64,000 nt of DNA from the NCBI RefSeq assembly GCF_009914755.1, contig NC_060926.1, one strand, 5' to 3'. This document shows, one piece after another, positions 26,340 through 41,600 of the stretch (its first letter is position 1; the number at the start of each line of letters is the position of its first letter). A program made the translations under genes and the position numbers. A model generated the notes under the pieces. The model was not told the DNA's origin. It worked only from the letters and a program-made list of their open reading frames with translations, and ran no database searches. Origin of the DNA: the human T2T-CHM13v2.0 reference genome, Homo sapiens.

Positions 26340-27535
26340 TAATGTATTATTTATATATTTTAATATATTATATATGTTTAACACATAATATATATTAATA
26401 TATTATATTTAACACATAGTATATATTAATATATTATATATGTTACTTATAACATACATATTTACATATATCTATACATAACATAAAATATATAGATATA
26501 TGTATATATGTGTAAAACATAGCATATATAAATATATTCTATATGTGACACATCTAACTTATGTATTAATTGTATAATTGTATTTACAATTAATTATATA
26601 ATTGTATATATAATTAATATATATCAATGAATATGTTAACATATGTTTATATATTAATATGTATGTGTTACACCTAACATATATATCAATATATCATGTG
26701 TTATACCTGAAATATATTATTATATATACACTACACATTATGTTATATACATTATATATTATATATAAGAAATTTATATATAACATATGTGTTACACATA
26801 ACATAAAGATATATAACACAAATATAAATATATAGTGTATATATTAACATATATGTTAAGTGTAAGACATATGTTTATATATAAATATATTATACATGTT
26901 ATATAACATATAGTGTATATAATTTAATAATATATTTAATATTTAATAATATATATACTTTATATTATATGTAATACATATAACATATTGTTATATAGAA
27001 CATACACAATTTAATAGCATATGTTTACTATTTAATAACATAATTTTGTTATTAAATGTATAAAATATATCTTTAATATGTAATTACATGTAAATTATAT
27101 ATTTAATAATAAAATATTTAATATGGTAATTAATTAATAAACACATGTAATATATTAAATATGTGTTATTATATAGTATATTTAATAATTTAAATAGTAA
27201 ATTATTTATTTAATACTTAATATATCAAATATATAATAAAACTTAATTATTTTAATAATATATACTTATTAAATGTATACTATTAAACATATAGATATTT
27301 AATAACATAATATATTTACCATATAATAACATATGTTAGATGTAACACATATAATATATTTATATATAATATATATTAGTTATATATAATCATTATATAT
27401 TACTATATATTAGGTGTGACACACATATGCAAATATATGTATATATTAATTAAAAATAATTAGTATGTAATTGATATATAGTTAGGTGTAACATATATGT
27501 ATGTATATATGTAAATGTTATATGATTTATATGTT
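26340..27535. repeat. AT-rich low-complexity tract with internal inverted repeats
   Basis: About 1.2 kb of nearly pure A/T, with a recurring TGTGTTACACCTAAC-like motif in both orientations. Confidence 0.92.
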
Positions 27536-28399
27536 TCTTTTCATGTAATCCTGAAAAAAGCTTAGTTACCAAGTCATATTTTAAATTGTAGATTCTCTGT
27601 TGAAATTATTCCTACAACCCCTTGGGTCCTCTTAGAAAACAATCACATCACTGCTCACTCATCATTTCCCTCAATGTGACAGTATGAAGAATTCAATTTT
27701 AGTCCTTGCTATAAGGGAGTGACAGTAGAAAACTGGGCCATGATGGATCAAGCATTATCAATTCCACAGACGCTCTTACCCAAAACTCAGGTCACAACCA
27801 TCAACAGATTCAATGAATTCCTGCAAAGCTTGTTCAAGGAGTGTGAAAACAATTGTTGATGTAGAAAATTTACAAAAAATATGAGAGAATACAATATCAA
27901 TGTTCACAGTACACACAGATAGTGAAGTAATTAAATAGCATTGTCGGGAAAAGCCAAAAGCCAAAATTTTGTTATATAGATAGAGAAATATTATGCAAAT
28001 CCTGGAAATATCTGACAGATGCCCTGCTTGAAGGATAAGCTTATTAGAAAATAAATTACAACTACTAAAGAACAACAAATGTTTCTTGGTTTTTGGATAG
28101 TATGGATTGGTACAGAGAGGTCAATGAACTGTGTGGTGGCACAGATGGTCTAAGACCTACCCTGGCTCCTAAGCACAGGTAATATTCTTTCAGACCCCAC
28201 CTACATTGTTAGTGGATACTATGATATATTTTGGAGCACATATAATATTAATAATAGACTTGTGAGCACTTAAGAAAAATACTTGGCAATTTTCTAAAAC
28301 ATTTTCCAAGTGAATTCCCCTAAGTCACATTTCTTTATCACCTAAATCACTATTTCGTATTTTGTGTCTCACTTTCTTCCTATTTTTCACAAAGTATCA

Positions 28400-28767
28400 A
28401 AGGCGACCTTAATTCCCCTGCTTAAAAGTACTTAAGTACTTCTCCTGGGTCTCAAAATAAAATTCAAATGCCTTATTTTATAAGACTGTATATCAAAAGT
28501 CATGAAACTATGGCATTCTGAACAAATACAGTTTGCTGCTTCATTTGTAAATAAAGTTTTATTGGAACAAAGATGTGGTCATTTATTTATGTATTATCTG
28601 TTTTTGTATGACACAGGCAAAGTTGGGTAGTTGTGAGACCATATGTCCCACAAAGTTTAAAATATTTACTATGTGGCCCTTTACAGAAAATGTTTATTTG
28701 TTCTTGTCCTATATTACCAAGCACCTGCCTATCTTTCAATTCTGTCCCTCATTCACTAAGTTCTAAT
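28400..28767 (+). mobile_element. L2 fragment, host of MER58A and the L1PA insertion; continues at 38307-38850
   Basis: cccctgcttaaaag ... ctcaaaataaaattcaaatgcctta; resumes after the L1 and ends with ggctccacaaaggcagaaacatgcctgtcttattcacc. Confidence 0.55.
28493..28707 (-). mobile_element. MER58A hAT-Charlie DNA transposon
   Basis: ttgtaaataaagttttattggaaca ... aaaatatttactatgtggccctttacagaaaatg. Confidence 0.88.
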
Positions 28768-29142
28768 CATGTTAGCATTTTTTAACCTTTATTTTAGGTT
28801 CAGAAAAACATGTGCAGGTTTGTTATACAGGTAAACTGCATGTGTCACAGGGGGTTGCTGTACAGATAATTTCATCACCCAGGTAATAAGCAGAGCACCC
28901 AATAGGTATTTTTCTGATCCTCTCCCTCCTTCCACTCTTCATCCTCTAGTAGGCCTTAGTATCTATTGTGCCTTTCTTTGTGCCTATTGGTTCTCATTAT
29001 TTAGCTCTCACTTACAGATGAGAACATATGGCATTTGGTTTTCAATTCCTATGTTAGTGTGTTTAGGGTAACGGCCTCCAGCTCTATCCATGTTGCTGCA
29101 AAGGATATGATCTTGTTCTTTTTAATAGATGCATAGTATTCC

Positions 29143-29144
<2 letters not shown>

Positions 29145-29181
<37 letters not shown>

Positions 29182-29286
29182 ACTGTATATATATATATAT
29201 ATCAGAACTGTATATATATATATATATATCAGAACTGTATATACTGTATATATATATATATCAGAACTGTATATATATATATATAT
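29145..29286. repeat. compound (TA)n-TCAGAACTG VNTR
   Basis: TA runs interrupted by TCAGAACTG at 29177, 29202, 29229 and 29261. Confidence 0.92.
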
Positions 29287-29667
29287 CCCGCATTTTCCTT
29301 ATCCAGTCTACCACTGATGGGCATTTAGATTGATTCCATGTCTTCACTATTGTAAATAATGCTGCAATAAACAAACTTGTGTATGTACCTTTATGATAGA
29401 ATGATTTATATTCCTTTGGGTATATACCCAATAATGGGATTGCTGAGTCAAATAATAAATCTGTTTTAAGTTAGTTGAGGAATCACCACAGGGCTTTCCA
29501 CAATAGCTGAACAAATTTACACTCCCATCAGCAATGTACAAGAATTCCTTTTGTCTCACAACCTCGCCAACATCTGCTATTATTTGAATTTTTAGTAATA
29601 GCTTCTGACTGATGTGAGATGGTATCTCATTGTGGTTTTGCTTTGCATTTCTCTAATGGTTAATGAT

Positions 29668-32239
<2,572 letters not shown>

Positions 32240-33538
32240 GTGATGTTGAGCATTTTTTCACATGCTTGTTGGCCACATGAATGTTTTCTTTTGAAAAGTG
32301 TCTGTTCATAACCTTTGCCCACTTTTTAATGGGGCTGTTTTTTGCTTGTAAATTTGTTTAAGTTTCCTATAGATTCGGAATATTAGACTTTTGTTGAATC
32401 CATAGTTTGCAAAAATCTTCTCTCATTCTCTAGGTTGCCTATGTACTCTGTTGATAGTTTCTTTTGCTGTGCAGAAGCTCTTTAGTTTAATTAGATCCCA
32501 TTTGTTAATTTTTGATTTTGTTGCAACTGCTTTTGGTATCTTGATCATAAAATCTTTGCCAAGTCCTATGTCCAGAATGGTATTTCCTAGGTTATCTTCC
32601 AGGGTTTTTATTTATTTAGGTTTTGTATTTATGTCTTTCATCCACCTTGAGTTGACTTTTTTACATGTAGTGTCAGGTAGGGATCCAATTTCAATCTTCT
32701 GCATATGATTGGCCAATTATCCCAGCATCATTTATTGAATGGATGGTCCTTTCCCCCATTGTTTTTTGTCAGCTTTGCCAAAGATCAGAAGGTTGTAGGT
32801 GTGCAGCTTTATTTCTGGGATCTCTATTCTGTTCCACTGGCTTATATGTCTATTTTTGTATCAGTACCATGCTGTTTGGTTAGTGTAGCCCTGTAGTATA
32901 GTTTGAAGTCAGGTAATGTGATGCCTCCAGCTTTGCTACTTTGGCTTAGGATTGCCTTGGCTATTTGGGCTCTTTTTTGGTTCATGTGAATTTTAAAATC
33001 GTCTTTTCTAGTTCTGTGAAGAATGTTATTGGTAGTGTGATAGGAATAGCATTGAATCTATAAATTTCTTTAAGCCGTACGACCATTTTCATGATATTGA
33101 TTCTTCCTCCTATCTAGAAGCATGGAATGGCTTCTCAATTGTTTGTGTTCTCTCTCATTTCTTTGAATAGTGTTTTGTAGTTCTCATAGAGATCTTTTAT
33201 CTCCTTGGTTAGCTGTATTCCTAGATATTTTACTATTTTGGGGGAAATTGTGAATGGGATTGTGTTTCTGATTTGGCTCTTGCCTTGGAAGTTGCTGGTG
33301 TATAGGAATGCTACTGATTTTTGTACATTGATTTTGTATCCTGAAACTTAGCTGAAGTTGTTTACCAACTCAAGGGGCTTTTGGGCCAAGACTATGGGGT
33401 TTTTAAAATATAGAATCATGTTTTCTGCAAACAGGGATAGTTTCACTTCCTCTATTCAGTGCCTTTTATTTCTTTCTCTTGCCTGATTGCTCTCAATACT
33501 ATGTTGAATAAGAGTGGTGAGAGAGGGCATTCTTTTCT

Positions 33539-33802
33539 TCAACTGGTTTTCAAAAGGAATGCTTCCAGATTTTCCCCATTCAGGATGATGTTGGCTGTGG
33601 GTTTGTCACAGATGGCACTTATTATTTTGAAGCACATTCCTTCAAAGTCTAGTTTATTAGGGGTTTTTAATATAAGGGGATGCTGGATTTTATCAAAAGC
33701 CTTTTTTGCATCTATTGAGATAATCATGTAGTTTTTGTTTTTACTTTTGTTTACGTGGTGAATCCCATTTATTGATTTGTGTATTTTGAACCAACCTTGC
33801 AT
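33539..33802 (-). pseudogene. L1 ORF2 reverse-transcriptase remnant
   Basis: [12 protein letters not shown]...[17 protein letters not shown]...[12 protein letters not shown] is the L1 ORF2 RT signature; interrupted by stops and frameshifts. Confidence 0.93.
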
Positions 33803-35742
33803 CCTATGGATAAAACCTACTTGATCATGGCAGATTAACTTTTCGTTATGCTGCTGGATTCAGTTTTGTTAAGAATTTTTGAATCTATGTTCATCAAGGA
33901 TATTGGCCTGAAGTTTTCTTTCTTTGTTGTGTGCCTGTAGGTTTTGGTATCAGGATGGTGCTGGCCTCATCGCATGAGTTGGAAAGGAGTACCTCCTCAA
34001 CGTTCTGGAATTGTTTCAGTAGGAATGGTACTAGCTCTTCTTTATACGTCTGGTAAAATTCAGCTGTGAATCTCTCTGGTCCTGCACTTTTTTTTTTTTT
34101 TTGGTAGGTAGGCTTTTTATTACTGATTCAATTTTAGAACTCATTATTGGTCTATTTAGGAATTCAATTTGTTTCTAGTTTAGTCTTAGGAAGTTGTATG
34201 TGTCCAAAAATTTATCCATCTTTTTTTCTAGATTGTCTAGTTGGTGTGCATAGAAGTGTTCATAGTGGTCTCTCGTGTTTTTATTTTTGTTTGTATTTCT
34301 GTGGGGTCAGTGGTAACATCCCCTTTGTCATGTCTAACTGTGTTTATTTGGATCTTCTCTCTTTTTTGCTTCATTAGTCTAGCTAGAGGTCTATCTGTTG
34401 TATTTATGTTATCAAATAATCAACTCCTGAAATCATTGATCTTTTGCATTTTTGGTGTGTGTGTGTCTCAATTTCCTTTAGTTCAGCTCTAATTTTGTTT
34501 ATGTCTTGTCTTCCGCTAGCTTTAGGGTTGTTTACTCTTGCTTCTCTGGTTCTTCTAGCTGTGTTGATATGTTGTTAACTTGATAGCTTTCTAACTTTCT
34601 GATGTGGGTATTAAGTGCTATAAAGTTTCCTCTAACACTGCATTAGCTGTGTCGCAGAGATTCTGCTATGTTGTATCTTTGTTCTTATCAGTTTCAAAGA
34701 ATTTTTTGATTTATGTCTTGATTTCATTATTTACCCAAAAGTAATTCAGGAGCAGGTTGTTTAATTTTCATGTAACAGAAATTTCCACTGTATGGTTTTG
34801 AGTGATTTTCTTAGTATTCATTTCTATTTTTATTGCACTGTGGTCCCAGAGTGTGGTTGGCATGATTTGTTTTGTTTGTTTTTTTTTAATTTGCTAGTAT
34901 TGTTTTGTGTCTGATTTGTGGTTGGTTTTGGAATATGTGCCATGTGGCAATGACAAGAATGTTTATTCTGTTGTTTTGTGGTGAGTAGTTGTGTTGATGT
35001 CTATTAAGTCCATTTGATCAAGTGTTGAGATCAGGTCCTGAATAGCTTTGTTAATTTTCTGCCTCAATGATCCATCTAATACTGGCAGTAGGGTGTTGAA
35101 GTCTTTCACTATTATTGTGTGGGAATCTGAGTCTCTTCACAGGTGTCTAAGAACTTGCTTTATAAATCTGGATGCTCCTGTATTGGCTGCATATATATTT
35201 AGAATAGGTAGGACTTCTTGTTGAATTGAACACTTTACCATTATGTAATGCCTTTCTTTATCTTTTTTTATCTTTATTGGTTTAGAGTCTGTTTTATCTG
35301 AAATTAGAATTACAAATCCTGCTTTTTTGTGTTTTCTATTTGCTTGGTAGATATTTCTTTATCCCTTTATTTTGAGCCTATGCATGTCATTGCATGTGAG
35401 ATGGGTCTCTTGAAAACATCATACCATTAGATCTCACTTTTTTATTCAGCTTGCTACTCTGTGCCTTTGAAGTGGAGCATTTAGCCCATTTACATTCAAT
35501 ACTAGTATTGATATGTGTGGATTTGATATTGTCATTGTGTTGTTATGGGGTTATTAGGCAGATTTGTTTATACGATTGGTTTATAGTGTCACTGGCCTGT
35601 GTGCTTAAGCGTTTTTTTTTTGTCGTGGTTCGTAATGGTCTTTCCTTTCCATATTTAGTGCTCCTTTCAGGACCTCTTCTAAGGCAGGTCTGTTGGTAAC
35701 AAATTCCCTCAGCATTTGCTTATTTGAAAAGGCTCTTATTTC

Positions 35743-36034
35743 GTTGTTTTTTTTTTTTTTTTTTTGAGACGGAGTCTTGCTCTGTCGCCCAGGTTGGACT
35801 GCAGTGGCACAATCTTGGCTCACTGCAACCTCCGCCTCCCAGGTTCACACCATACTTCTGCCTCAGCCTCCGGAGTAGCTGGGACTATAGGCAACTGCCA
35901 CCATGCCCAGCTAATTTCTTTTTGTATTTTCAGTAGAGATGGGGTTTCACCATGTTAGCAAGGATGGTCTTGATCTCCTGACCTCGTTATCTGCCCACCT
36001 CGGCCTCCCAAAGTGCTGGGATTACAGGTGTGAG
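35743..36034 (-). mobile_element. AluSc/Y, slightly 5'-truncated, inserted in L1 ORF1
   Basis: Reverse Alu lacking about the first 15 nt; TSD aaaaggct(c/t)ttatttc on both sides. Confidence 0.95.
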
Positions 36035-36114
36035 AAAAGGCTTTTATTTCTTGTTCACTTACGAAATTTGGCCGGGTACAAGATTCTTGGGTGAAAAAAT
36101 TTTTTGTAATAATA

Positions 36115-36916
36115 CTAAATATAAGTTCCCCATCTGGCTTGTAGGGTTTCTGCTGATAGATCCACTGTTAGCCTGATGGAGCTACCTTTGTACTTGACCT
36201 GCTGCTTCTCTCTAGCTGCCTTTAATACTTTTTCTTTCATTTTCACATTACAGAATCTGATGATTATGTGTCTTGGGATGGTCTTCTTGTGTAATATCTC
36301 ACAGGGGTTCTCCAAATTTCCTGGATTTGAATGTTGGCCTCTCCAGCGAGGTTGGGGACATTTTCATGTACTATATACTGAAAGATGTTTGCCAAATTGC
36401 TTGCTTTCTTGCCACCTCTTTCAGGGACACCAATGAATCATAGATTTGGTCTCTTCACATAATCCCATATTTCTCAGAGCTTGTCTTCATTCTGTTTTAT
36501 TCTTTTATCTTTATTTTTGTCTGACTGAGTTATTTCAAAGAGCCCATCTTCAAGCTCTGAGATTCTTTCTTCAACTTGGTGTATTCTTCAGTTAATACTT
36601 GGGATTGCATTATGCAATTCTTGAAATATGTTTTTCAGCTCTATTGATCAGTTTGGTTCTTTTTTATAATGGCTATTTTGCCTGTCACCTCCTGTCTTGT
36701 TATATCATGATCCTTAGGTTCGTTGGATTGGGTTTTGATGTTTTCCTGAATCTCAAGGATCTTTGTTCCTATCCATATTCTGAATTCCATTTCTATAATT
36801 TCATCCATTTCAACCCAGTCAATAACTCTTGCTTGGAAATTAGTACAGTAATTTAGAGAAAAGAAGGTGATCTGATTTTTTGAGTTGTAAGAATTCTTGC
36901 ACTGCTTTTTTCTCAT
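36115..36916 (-). pseudogene. L1 ORF1 remnant
   Basis: MRKKQCKNS...EMEFRIWIGTKILEIQE and PRHIIIRFCNVKMKEKVLKAAREKQQVKYKGSSIRLTVDLSAETLQAR. Confidence 0.9.
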
Positions 36917-37686
36917 TTGTGTGAGTTGATGTTCCTTCAATCTTTGAAGCTGCTGTCCTTTGGATGGATTTTTTTTGCCTTTTTGTATGTATGTGTGTGT
37001 GGATGCCCTTGGTGGTTTCATTACGGTATATAGTGAATTCAGTTGACTGGCTTCTATTCTCATCCAATCCTGGGTCTCGAAGGAGTCCCCTCCAGTTACT
37101 CTCTCCATGCCTACCTTTCTTTTGTTCAGTGTTGTAGTCCACATGGATCCCTCAGGCAGAGGCAGCAGTTGTCAGACAAGCTGTATCCTTACCAGGTCAG
37201 CCCTATTCTGCTGTTTGTGTGTATCCTGGGGAAAACAGGGTTGCACCCACTTGCAAAGTTTAGGCAGAAATGAGACCCCTGGGTTGGAAGCTGTAGTGGG
37301 TGTGGCCTGTCTGGCTAAGGGAGGTAGGGATAGATGGACTTGAGGCCCTGCCATCTGGGTGTTTCCAAGGCAACAATAGGCTGTGCCTCTCAGCAGATTC
37401 AGGCAGAAGTAGGACTACTGGGCCAGAAGCTCCAGCATGTGTTGCCCACCTGGCTTTTGGTAACAGTGGTGGGTGGGCTCATGTGTCCTGCTGTCCTGTT
37501 TCCTAGGACAACAGGAAGCTATGTCCTCCAGGTAAGTTCACACAAAAGTGGAGCCGCTGGGTGGAAAGCTCTGGCAGGCATTGACTGACTGGCTACTAGT
37601 GATGGGGTGGGTGGAGTAGCTGGCTGAGTTTGGGCCGAAGCAGGACTGCTGGGATGGAAGCTGGTGCCAAGCTCCATCCAGGAAGG

Positions 37687-37884
37687 GGGCATGGAGGAAT
37701 CTTACTGCTCCCAGGCACCGCAACTGTGGCCTGTGTTGGGGCTATGGCGTGAAGTGCTGGTCTAGTCTGGAGCCCTGTGCTTGTGGGCATGGAGCAGTGT
37801 TAATGCTCCCAGGCACTGCAACTGCGGCCTGTGTTAGGGCTATGGTGCTAAGTCCTGGTCTGGGATCTGGAGCCCCGTGCTTGT
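37687..37884. repeat. about 98-bp tandem duplication in the L1 5' UTR
   Basis: gggcatggag ... tgctcccaggcac ... ctggagccc(t/c)gtgcttgt repeated at 37687 and 37785. Confidence 0.88.
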
Positions 37885-38544
37885 ACTGGTCCCCTTGGAC
37901 TTGAGAATTACCTCCGTAAAACATCCAGGTGGCTCTCTGCCTCAGTCTAGAAGCATGGTGGGAGAATGCAGAAGCAGGGGTGGGCAGTGGGATTCTCCCA
38001 TTCGGAGTCTTGCACAGTTCCCTGTGGAGAATGTGAAAACCCCTGGGGGCTTTCACTCACTCATCCTTTCCCATTTTGGAAGGGTTCTACTGGCTCCGCA
38101 CTGAGCCCAGACAGGCTGTGCCCAACTTGCCTTCTCTATACTACCTGTGTTCTCCTGCTGCCTTGATGGATCTCATTGTGGTTTCTCAGATGATTGGCCT
38201 AAGGGTCAGTGTTCACTAGCCCTCTCCTTTCCTCCCCATGAGAGCTGAGAAGATAAATTGCTTCCAGTCTGGCATCTTGGCTCCATCCTCCCATGTTAGC
38301 ATTTTTATCACTGCTGGAAACCGATACTTCTTTCCTCCCTGAAGTACTTTGGACATGCTTGTCCCAGGATCTAGAATGGACTAGACTGTTGCATCACTAG
38401 CTCCATCTTTACCTTGAGGTCATTTATTCAAAGAAGTTTTTATTGAATATTCTACTTCAATAGGGTTCCTCTATTATTCTCTCAGTCCTTGTTCCCTTTA
38501 TAGCATTTATTATAACTTAAAGGCACTTTGCATTGTTAATATTT

Positions 38545-38735
38545 TGCTATATTTTGTATAGTTCTATGCCATTTTATTACATGTAGAGATTCACGCAACC
38601 ACCATTTTTATCAAGATAGAGAACTAGTCCATCACCACAAGCATCTCCTTCTTGATACCTCCTTTCCTTGCCACTTACCACACCATCCCTAACTCTTGGC
38701 AACAGCTTATCTGTTTCTCATATCTATAATTTTTA
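38545..38735 (-). mobile_element. L1MC/MD 3' fragment
   Basis: gtagagattcacgcaaccacc ... tccatcaccacaag ... ccatccctaactcttggcaac. Confidence 0.65.
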
Positions 38736-39792
38736 ATCCACCTTATTTTTAGTTATTTAATTTTGGCATGTCTCCTCTAACAGAAATTAGGCTCCACAAA
38801 GGCAGAAACATGCCTGTCTTATTCACCATTTTACCCTAACTTCTGAATTTTCTAGAATCCAAAATTAGTCTATTGCAAGATTATCTGGTGGATGTCCCTA
38901 ATCAAATTTCAATGCTCTATTTAAAAGCAGGGTTAAAAAAAAAAAAAAAAAAACTAAAGAAGAACTCTCAATCAAGGCAGTGGCCTGCCAAAATTTTAAT
39001 TACAGCTCTTTTTTATTAATAAACACTCTATTATTCACTAGCAATAGGCAGCAAACTTTATGTGATAATGCCAATTGATGTACTGAAAAAAATGCATCAT
39101 AAGAGAAACATAAAAGTTAAGGGGCAACTATATTAATATGCAGAGAACCATAGGGCTTTATTTAAACACCTATCATGTTACAGTGTTTTGGAAGTATTAC
39201 TTGTTGTAAAACTTGCACAGTTTGGGAATAGCTATGTAAAATTAACAGCTGGATGGAGTTACGGAATCATTTACCAACCAGTTGTGTCTCATGAACAAAT
39301 GCTCCAAATGCACTGACTTGATTTTAAAAGAGATGCTGACAACTTTGTGAAGACCTTAAAAAGCATTTTACTCAAAAACAATTCTCTTAGGGCTATATAT
39401 GATTTCTGTGTTTATTTTATCTGCCTTTTATTGACAGTGTATTTTTGCTTCTATTGTTAACTTCAGAAATATTTACCATCCATTAGAAAAATGATTTGCA
39501 TCACAGTAGCCTCTTTAGTTGTTAAGACTTCATCTGTCCTGCTACTTACTCGTCTCTTGACATCATCTTTTGTGTCAGAAATCAGGGCCATCTGAAATTG
39601 GAATGACTGTAACTTCATACATCGTGAAGAATTGTAGAATGATGCCAATTGCGTTTTACCAACCTTCAATTCTATTCCTAGTCTACTCTGCATTTGTAAA
39701 GCACCTGTTGACTTATCCTAAGGATCACTCATAAATTCAAGTTGTATAGGCATCTTTCTTTTCCTCAATAATATTTGTAAAGATGCAGAAAC

Positions 39793-39800
39793 TGACGTCA
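39793..39800. promoter_or_regulatory. full CRE palindrome TGACGTCA
   Basis: Exact motif with its CpG retained in CpG-depleted DNA; function unproven. Confidence 0.3.
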
Positions 39801-40569
39801 TAATAAGCACTTGGGTTATAAGAAACTTCCATTTTTTTTTTTTATAGCAAAACAGGATAAGAGAGTTCCAAAGTAACTCTGGAAAAAAATTATTCTCTCT
39901 TACTTTACTAGCAAGTAAGAAAGCAAGCTATTAAAATAATTTGGATATAAATGGAAATTTCCAAGAAAAAAGTTGATAACAAATTCTTTTGCACATAGTT
40001 TCATTTATGCAATTTCGACAAATCTTGACAAGCAAAGAAAAATTTTAACATCTAATACTATGATAAGAACTATGATAAGAGTGTTAGCAAGTCAAACTCA
40101 TCAGAACTTTATGAGAAGAGTTGAAATATAAAGTAGGACTGTGTGTAAGCCATACCTTTAGAAGATATAAGGTGAATTTCATTGTCAGCTATTAATCATT
40201 TATAGTAAAAGCAAAAGCATCATAAATTATGTATTAAACACCATTAGGTAATATTGCTGTTACCATTTTGTTCGAAGAAATGATTAAGTCTTAGGAAGAT
40301 TTCCAAGCCCTATTACTCTGTTTCTTTCCAATGTGTTTCTAATAAAATCTCTTATTTGTTCCGATAATATATCTAGACAAATATCTAGATGGATCTAAAT
40401 CTAAAGACAGATAAGTGAAAAAAACACTACTGAAAAATGAATGCTATATTTTTAGTTGTTTCAGAAGTGACACATGACTCAAATAGAGAAATCTGTTTAG
40501 GTTTTCAAAAGGTTTTTCATCATTGCTTCTGTTGTATGTAATGGTATACAAATAAAAGAAGTTTTAATT

Positions 40570-41600
40570 TTTGTTTTCTTCTATGAACCCTTTCCTAGAA
40601 TCTCCAGTTCTTTAATGTTAATACTTCATAGAATTTTGACTTAAGCCACTTCTTTTGTCAATCTGTATTTTCTTTCAGGAAATCTCATTTATTTCCATAA
40701 TTTCCATTATTAGTAAAGGTCAAAGTTTCATCTTATTTTTCTCTACATTATGTCTCTTCTGACTTTATTTCTCCTTACTTTTAGCTAATATTTCTGAATG
40801 TCAGAAGCCACCTCAAAATGATCATATTCTAACACATAATAATGATCAAATTATCACTCCCCAAACTCACTCTTCTCTCACTAGTCTATATCTCTGTTGT
40901 CAGTAGCGCCATTTTCTCTGTCAGCAAAACAATTCAGAAACACTATCCATTTTGCGTCCCCTTCACAACGTTGTCAGTTTGCCTCAATCCCATCTCTGAG
41001 AGGTTGTTTGTTCCTGTCTCTCATCTACATCACTATTTCCAGTTCCACAGTTTAGGCCCTCCCTCATCCATTCTACACTCCCACTGAGCCATTTATTATA
41101 AAAGCCATATTTTTATTATGTTAACAATATCTCTCCATAATCTACAGAATGAAATTGAAATATAAATGACCCCAATGTGGCTCATCACCCGTCTTCACTT
41201 TGAGGAGCTCTTCACACAGATGCCATGTTTGCTCTTCTATTTTACTAAACGAATCATTTCCTTTTCTTTGAAAGTGATAAGCCCTTCTCATCTTTCCAAG
41301 ATTAGCTGAAATAAAGATGATTTTCTGTTGTGGGAAGCTTTGATGGCATCTTACATGCAAAGTTAGTTTTGTTCTCCTTTGTTCTCCAATAGTAGTTTTG
41401 AAAAATTTAGATTATTGCCCTTTGCCTATTGTACATATTTGTTTATGGGTTTATATAAATGATATATTCCTATATTTTCTCACTACTTGGGCAGATCCTT
41501 AAAGATAAAGCCTTGGATTTTATTCACTTTAAGTCACCTCTGTAAACTACACCTTGGAAAAATAAGAAGCGCTCAATAAATGATGTTCATAAATGAGTTT
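40570..41600 (+). mobile_element. L2 fragments
   Basis: Pyrimidine-rich L2-like body ending gcgctcaataaatgatgttcataaatga. Confidence 0.5.

Noticed and set aside
36641-37144. Longest ORF (167 aa) as a novel gene
   Set aside because: It is L1 5' UTR fused to the broken ORF1 N-terminus of the dead L1PA element
37040-38290. GC-richer region as a gene promoter or CpG island
   Set aside because: It is the L1 5' UTR and its CpGs are largely decayed
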